This document shows, piece after piece, positions 38,655 through 39,123 of a DNA stretch of 39,123 bases (position 1 is the first letter of the stretch; each line of letters opens with the position of its first letter). Both the position numbers and the translations under genes were made by a program. The notes beneath the pieces are model-generated. The model was not told where the DNA came from. It did no database searches and saw nothing but the letters and a program-made list of their open reading frames with translations. The stretch lies in assembly GCA_964493715.1 (NCBI GenBank), contig CAZBPC010000015.1:1-39123 (forward strand), written 5' to 3'. Source of the stretch: an uncultured archaeon (GTDB lineage Archaea; Asgardarchaeota; Lokiarchaeia; Sigyniarchaeales; SOKP01).

Positions 38655-39123
38655 ATGGCGAAAAGATCCGGATTAGCCGTTTTAGCCCTAATAATAGCTT
38701 TAGGAGCTTTAGGAATAGGGGGATATTCATTTATACTTGTACAAATGGGTTCAGGAGTCCATCGAACTTATAATGATGAGAATAAAAGTACATATACGTC
38801 TACTGCTGAAGATACATGGTATGCTATTCCTGATTTAAGTGTATCTTTTCAGGTAGACGGTGCGGAACATGTATACTTCTCATTTACTTGTTATGCGTCT
38901 CTTACTCCTTCAAGTTCAATTTGTAGAATGAATTTTAGATTATTTATTGATAGTGTTGCAGCAGATGACTCCTTAATAACTGTTGGAGGGACAAGTATGC
39001 CGGCAAATACGCTATTATCTGTCTCTCTACAATATTTTGAGACTGCGATTGGAGCAGGAATTCATACTGTAGTGGTACAAACGATGAGAGAATGTGATGG
39101 ATTCATAGATAATTGTTATCTAT
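38655..39123 (+). CDS. 3'-partial secreted or membrane-anchored protein, absent from ORF track
   Basis: MAKRSGLAVLALIIALGALGIGGYSFILVQ then beta-rich domain (WYAIPDLSVSF..VYFSFT..GIHTVVVQ); frame open to the window end. Confidence 0.8.
   Translation, partial: MAKRSGLAVLALIIALGALGIGGYSFILVQMGSGVHRTYNDENKSTYTSTAEDTWYAIPDLSVSFQVDGAEHVYFSFTCYASLTPSSSICRMNFRLFIDSVAADDSLITVGGTSMPANTLLSVSLQYFETAIGAGIHTVVVQTMRECDGFIDNCYL

Noticed and set aside
38588-38773. 61-aa ORF in the track
   Set aside because: Overlaps the more convincing frame starting at 38655.
1-39123. tRNA, rRNA, CRISPR array, IS element or provirus
   Set aside because: No GC-rich structured intergenic segment, periodic repeat, transposase, integrase or capsid gene was seen by eye; small ncRNAs cannot be excluded without a covariance-model search.

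Overview
AT-rich archaeal chromosomal segment, almost certainly from an Asgard archaeon of the Lokiarchaeia type. This is inferred from a Rab-like GTPase, two Roadblock/LC7 proteins, a longin-like protein, a HEAT+LRR protein, archaeal-type MetRS, T-rich terminators and GGAGG/AGGTGA-type ribosome-binding sites. About 37 CDS are supported; no rRNA, tRNA, CRISPR array or transposase is visible. Highlights: (1) a vWA + two RING-like Zn-finger protein resembling eukaryotic TFIIH p44/Ssl1 (vWA also Rpn10-like); (2) a very divergent RtcB-fold protein that keeps the catalytic residues; (3) an orphan glycyl-radical enzyme with a KVGGY radical loop; (4) an 'orange protein'-like Mrp/NifX/COG1149 cluster with nearby DUF5320 and DUF89 genes, and a candidate TGAAT-N4-ATTCA operator shared with an OsmC gene; (5) a probable deletion scar joining a gelsolin-like tail to a radical-SAM activase tail; (6) a non-pyrrolysine MttB next to a PIG-L deacetylase. 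All family calls come from motif recognition by eye; no database search was run.
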